From: Guillardia theta CCMP2712
Taxonomy: Eukaryota; Protista; Cryptophyta
Length of the DNA: 64,000 bases
Assembly (NCBI RefSeq): GCF_000315625.1
Contig: NW_005434641.1
Span: 325,113-389,112, forward strand
Direction of reading: 5' to 3'
How positions within the stretch are numbered: the first letter of the stretch is position 1; each line of letters opens with the position of its first letter. Position numbers and translations under genes: made by a program. Below are positions 59,641 to 64,000 of this stretch, piece after piece. The notes under the pieces are model-generated. The model was not told the origin of the DNA. It made no database searches and saw nothing but the letters and a program-made list of their open reading frames with translations.

Positions 59641-60938
59641 TCTCCCTCTATCACGCAAATAACCCGTCATACATCGAATCCTCATACTCATCATCATCAT
59701 CTCCATCATCATCATCATCATCATCATCTCCATCATCATCTCCATCATCATCATCTCCATCATCATCATCTCCATCATCATCTCCATCATCATCTCCATC
59801 ATCATCACTNNNNNNNNNNNNNNNNNNNNNNNNNNNNNNNNNNNNNNNNNNNNNNNNNNNNNNNNNNNNNNNNNNNNNNNNNNNNNNNNNNNNNNNNNNN
59901 NNNNNNNNNNNNNNNNNNNNNNNNNNNNNNNNNNNNNNNNNNNNNNNNNNNNNNNNNNNNNNNNNNNNNNNNNNNNNNNNNNNNNNNNNNNNNNNNNNNN
60001 NNNNNNNNNNNNNNNNNNNNNNNNNNNNNNNNNNNNNNNNNNNNNNNNNNNNNNNNNNNNNNNNNNNNNNNNNNNNNNNNNNNNNNNNNNNNNNNNNNNN
60101 NNNNNNNNNNNNNNNNNNNNNNNNNNNNNNNNNNNNNNNNNNNNNNNNNNNNNNNNNNNNNNNNNNNNNNNNNNNNNNNNNNNNNNNNNNNNNNNNNNNN
60201 NNNNNNNNNNNNNNNNNNNNNNNNNNNNNNNNNNNNNNNNNNNNNNNNNNNNNNNNNNNNNNNNNNNNNNNNNNNNNNNNNNNNNNNNNNNNNNNNNNNN
60301 NNNNNNNNNNNNNNNNNNNNNNNNNNNNNNNNNNNNNNNNNNNNNNNNNNNNNNNNNNNNNNNNNNNNNNNNNNNNNNNNNNNNNNNNNNNNNNNNNNNN
60401 NNNNNNNNNNNNNNNNNNNNNNNNNNNNCTTCTCCTCCTCCTCCTCCTCCTCCTCCTCCTCCTCCTCCTCCTCCTCCTCCTCCTCCTCCTCCTCCTCCTC
60501 CTCCTCTTCCTCCTCTTCGCTTCACAACTGCTTCATGCTCATCATCCATCGGACGTCTTGGAGCAAGTCAAAACTACCCCCACCCCCCCATAACCCTCAC
60601 CTCCCACCCACCCCCACCGGTGCCTCAACTGCCGGGAGTCTCATCACAGTCACCGGCCCGGACCACAACCCCATCACCCACACCACCCCACCCATTGATC
60701 GACATCACCCTCTATTTTACCATGATCAGGAAGAACATTTGTAGGTAGGGGTACTAGAAAGTAGGGGTGAAGAGAAGGTGGGGTGCAATCGATGAGTAAA
60801 ATTTGATTTCTGAAGTCGCTTCTCCTTACGAAGGAGAGGAAGGACCAGGACCAGGACAAGGAGGAGAAGAAGGACAAGGAGGAGAAGAAGGAGAAGGAGG
60901 AGAAGGACAAGGACAAGGACAAGGTGCAGCTATTCAAC

Positions 60939-63867
60939 ATGCGTGAGCTTGTGTCGCTTGTAGCTCTGGTCTTGCTGCTCTCCGCAAGTCCCGACTGCTG
61001 CGATGCTCTCCGGGCCCTGAGGCTGAGAGGAGGTTCAGACGCTATGCTGGATGAGAGACTGAGCTCGATGAAGCTGTCGGAACTTCAGAAGGAGCTGCGA
61101 GCGAAGGGCCTTAGCACGAAAGGCCTCAAGGCTGAACTCATCAAGCGCCTCCAGGACTCCATGCACGAGCCTTCAAAGGATGTTGGAATAAAGAGAAACG
61201 CACCGGATGATCCCGGGGAGGGAAACATGCAGGAGGAAGACACTGAAGGAGAGCTCCCGATGAAGCAACCGCGAACTGACCGACCTTGCGTGCAGCATTC
61301 TGACGAGCATCAGTCTACAGGGACGGGAGAAGAGCCTTTGATCAAGGTGCGGCAGACCAACCAGGCAAAAATAGTGATCGAACGAGAGGGAGACGATGGT
61401 GTAGTGAAGGTGATCAACGGGTATGACTTGAAGGATCGATGTAGAGCCGCAGGCTTCAAGTTCGACGCGGCCGAGCGTGCTTGGGTCATCCCCATCTTCG
61501 CACTGCTGCATGGGATGGGGGTGTCGAGCTTGGATCAGATTGAGCACGACGACATCATGGACTACCTGCAGAGGATCGAGGTCACTGAAGCTCTGGCTTC
61601 GCAGCCGAAAGAACAAGAAGAGCTTGAGGCTGAGGTGGACGGGGACATGGTTTCTCTCAAGGGCAACACGTATGCTTGGAAAGACAAGATCCGGTCTGCA
61701 GGCTTCAGGTGGGACTCGACGCGCTCCTGCTGGCGAAGGCCTCTCGATCAAGTCCTGCTCTGGCTCAAAAGCGTGAGGACCGGGGGCGCTGACGAAGAGG
61801 GAGATGTAGAGGAACACGTCATTCGAGCAATCACTGAAATTAGCCAAGAGGAGCTCGCAAGAGCAAGCCCAGCACAAGTCGAGCAGCTTCAACCATACCT
61901 GAAAGTCGACAAGGAAGAGGTTGAGAGTTTTAATGGCTCGCCTCTTGTCCTCACAATCTCTTGCAGGTTCGCATCTACAACTCCTACAACCTCAAAGATC
62001 ACCTGCGGCAGCTGGGCTTTCGCTTCAACGTGCAGGAAAAGTGCTGGAGCTCGCGGCTAGAGGACGTCAAGCGGCTGCTGCCTGATGAAGACCTGACGTT
62101 GGACGCGATCATGGGCGTCATGCCGGATGACAAGCAGCTCGTGCCGCAGGCTCCCTTCCTGTCCATCAACGGCACCGACGTTGAAGTCCACAACTCCTAC
62201 TCCATGAAAGACTCGCTGCGCTCCATCGGGTTTCGATTCGATGCGGCGCGAGCTTGCTGGATCAGACCTGTAGAGGAAGTCCTGACCCTGCTCGAGCTGC
62301 CAGACTCCTCCAGCATCACCCTCGAGTTGCTCACGGAAACCAGCAAGAGAGCAGGTGCGACCCTCCTCTCCTCCTCTCCTCCTCCTCGCTCTCCTCCTCC
62401 TCTCCTCCTCCTCGCTCCTCCTGCTCCTCTCCTCCTCCTCGCTCTCCTCCTGCTCCTCTCTCTGCTCTTCTCTCATCCACTCATACAGTCGAAGGCGAGA
62501 TCGCGCAGGAGAAACTTGCTCCACATAAATCGGCAGCTCCCTCGCTCAAGGTGGAGGGCGACGAGCTCGCGGTGTACAACTGCTACGAGGTGAGAGGAGG
62601 AGGAAGGGGAGGAAGTTGCCTGACTTGACCGTCAGATCCGCGAGAAACTTCGAGCCGCTGGCTTCCGGTGGAACTCCGAAGGTGCCAAGTGGACGAGAAA
62701 CTTGCAGGATGCGATGTATGCCTTGGGTATTGACGGTACGATGAGAGCGGCGCGAGGGCAACAAACTGACGGAGAGGATCAGACGCATCTGATCTGACTG
62801 TGGAGAAACTCCTCTCCTTGGAAGCGACCGGAGAGGGTCGGGAGCAAGGGAAGGAGAAGGCTTCTCCCCACCTCTCTGTGGTCGACGGGGAGGTGCTCGT
62901 GTTCAACTCGTATGAGGTCTCCCGCGCTCCTCTGCTGCCTCCCAGTCAAGGTCTCCTGCAGGTGAAAGACAAGCTCCGCGCCATCGGCTTCCGCTGGGAC
63001 TCAAGTCGAGGCGTGTGGTCGAGGCCTACGGTGGACACGATGAGCTTGCTGGGGGTGACGGAGGAGGAAGCGATCTCCCTAGACAAGCTGCTCGCTGTCG
63101 ACCCGCTCAGTCAGCAGGCTGAGCAAGCGCAGCCGACGGTTGAGGTTGTGAACGAGGAAGTGCTGGTGCTCAACTCTTACTCGGCAAAAGAGGAGCTCAA
63201 GTCCCTTGAGTTCCACTTCGACAGGTAACCCCCAGCCATCATCGCCCGCCTCCTCTTCTTCCCCTCCGCTGCTTCGCATCCACATCCCGGTTGCTCCGCG
63301 AGCTCCGGGTTTCTGCTGCTGCTTCCTCTCTCCCCTTGCTGTAAACTTGTTGAGAGTTGACTCACGGGCAGTGAGCGGCGGGCGTGGGTGAAGAGCGTGG
63401 TGGAGGTGAAGCAGATGCTCGGGCTGGAGGACCAGATGGACATTGACATGAACAAGCTGCTCGCACACGCAGAAAAATTGCGAAGTCAGGCCAAGGAGGG
63501 CGAGCAGCTCGAGGAGGGAGAACATGCCCAGGAGCAGGAGCAGATGGAGGAGGGGGAGGGGGGTGGAGGGGCTAAGCCAGCGGATCGCTCTCCTTCACCT
63601 GACGTGGTCGATCACACGCCTGGTCCTCTTCCTCCTCTGCTGACAGACAGCTACTGACCCAACGCAGATCTGCTGTCGAGCATGGGGCAGAGCCTGCAAG
63701 GCTGGTCAAGTAAGTAGAGCCTCCCTCCCCATCCCTCCTCCCTCTTCTGTTCCTCCTGCCCTTCCCACCCCCTCTACCTCCTTGACCCCCTCCCTCCGTC
63801 CCTCCCATATGACAGAGATGGCAGAGACGTCAGAGAAGGCGTAGATGATGCATGGAGGGAGAGTTGA
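60939..63867 (+). CDS. Signal peptide + LRLRGG + SAP domain + seven tandem DUF5710/HARP-like repeats; putative organelle-targeted DNA-binding protein
   Basis: LSSMKLSELQKELRAKGLSTKGLKAELIKRLQ is a canonical SAP domain; seven copies of V.v.NsY..Kd.lR..GF.[FW]d.....W.r recovered across exons. 3' end approximate. Confidence 0.8.
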
Positions 63868-64000
63868 GGAGAGCTTTTCCGCATCGCTCGAGGGATAAGC
63901 ATGTTATCATATGATACAAGTAAAGAATGTGTTAGAGGGAAAGGTCTCCCCTTGTTCGAGTTTCAAATACTTGTCACTTTGTTAACCCCTCCACTGCTTG

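Noticed and set aside
1-64000. rRNA or tRNA genes
   Set aside because: None recognised by eye; a tRNAscan/Infernal run would be needed to exclude small ncRNAs.

Overview
Eukaryotic nuclear DNA: gene-dense, with many short GT-AG introns (often CTGAC branch points), introns swollen by GAG/CTC-type microsatellites, and several assembly gaps. Intron style, bipartite-looking targeting peptides and gene content suggest a cryptophyte alga such as Guillardia theta (inference). Recognisable genes: a KNL1/Spc105 C-terminus, Rab23, a TVP18/Flower-like membrane protein, an ankyrin + TFIIB-type Zn-ribbon protein, a giant Cys-rich type I membrane protein, an SRSF3/7-like splicing factor, THOC7, a shortened TMEM43-like protein, a four-domain voltage-gated cation channel with a C2 domain, two paralogous HTH proteins sharing a near-identical block, an atypical SDR, a DUF1415 protein, a PPR-like protein, a CobW/COG0523 GTPase, and a SAP protein with seven tandem repeats. 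Main observations: (1) two unrelated proteins have a signal peptide followed by a ubiquitin-C-terminus mimic (LRLRGG / LRVRGG), one of them a probable nucleomorph-targeted DNA-binding protein; (2) the channel filter reads E/N/D/D; (3) ACCCC clusters and a TTGACTAAAAT box mark many gene starts. Exon boundaries were read by eye and family calls come from recalled motifs, not database searches.
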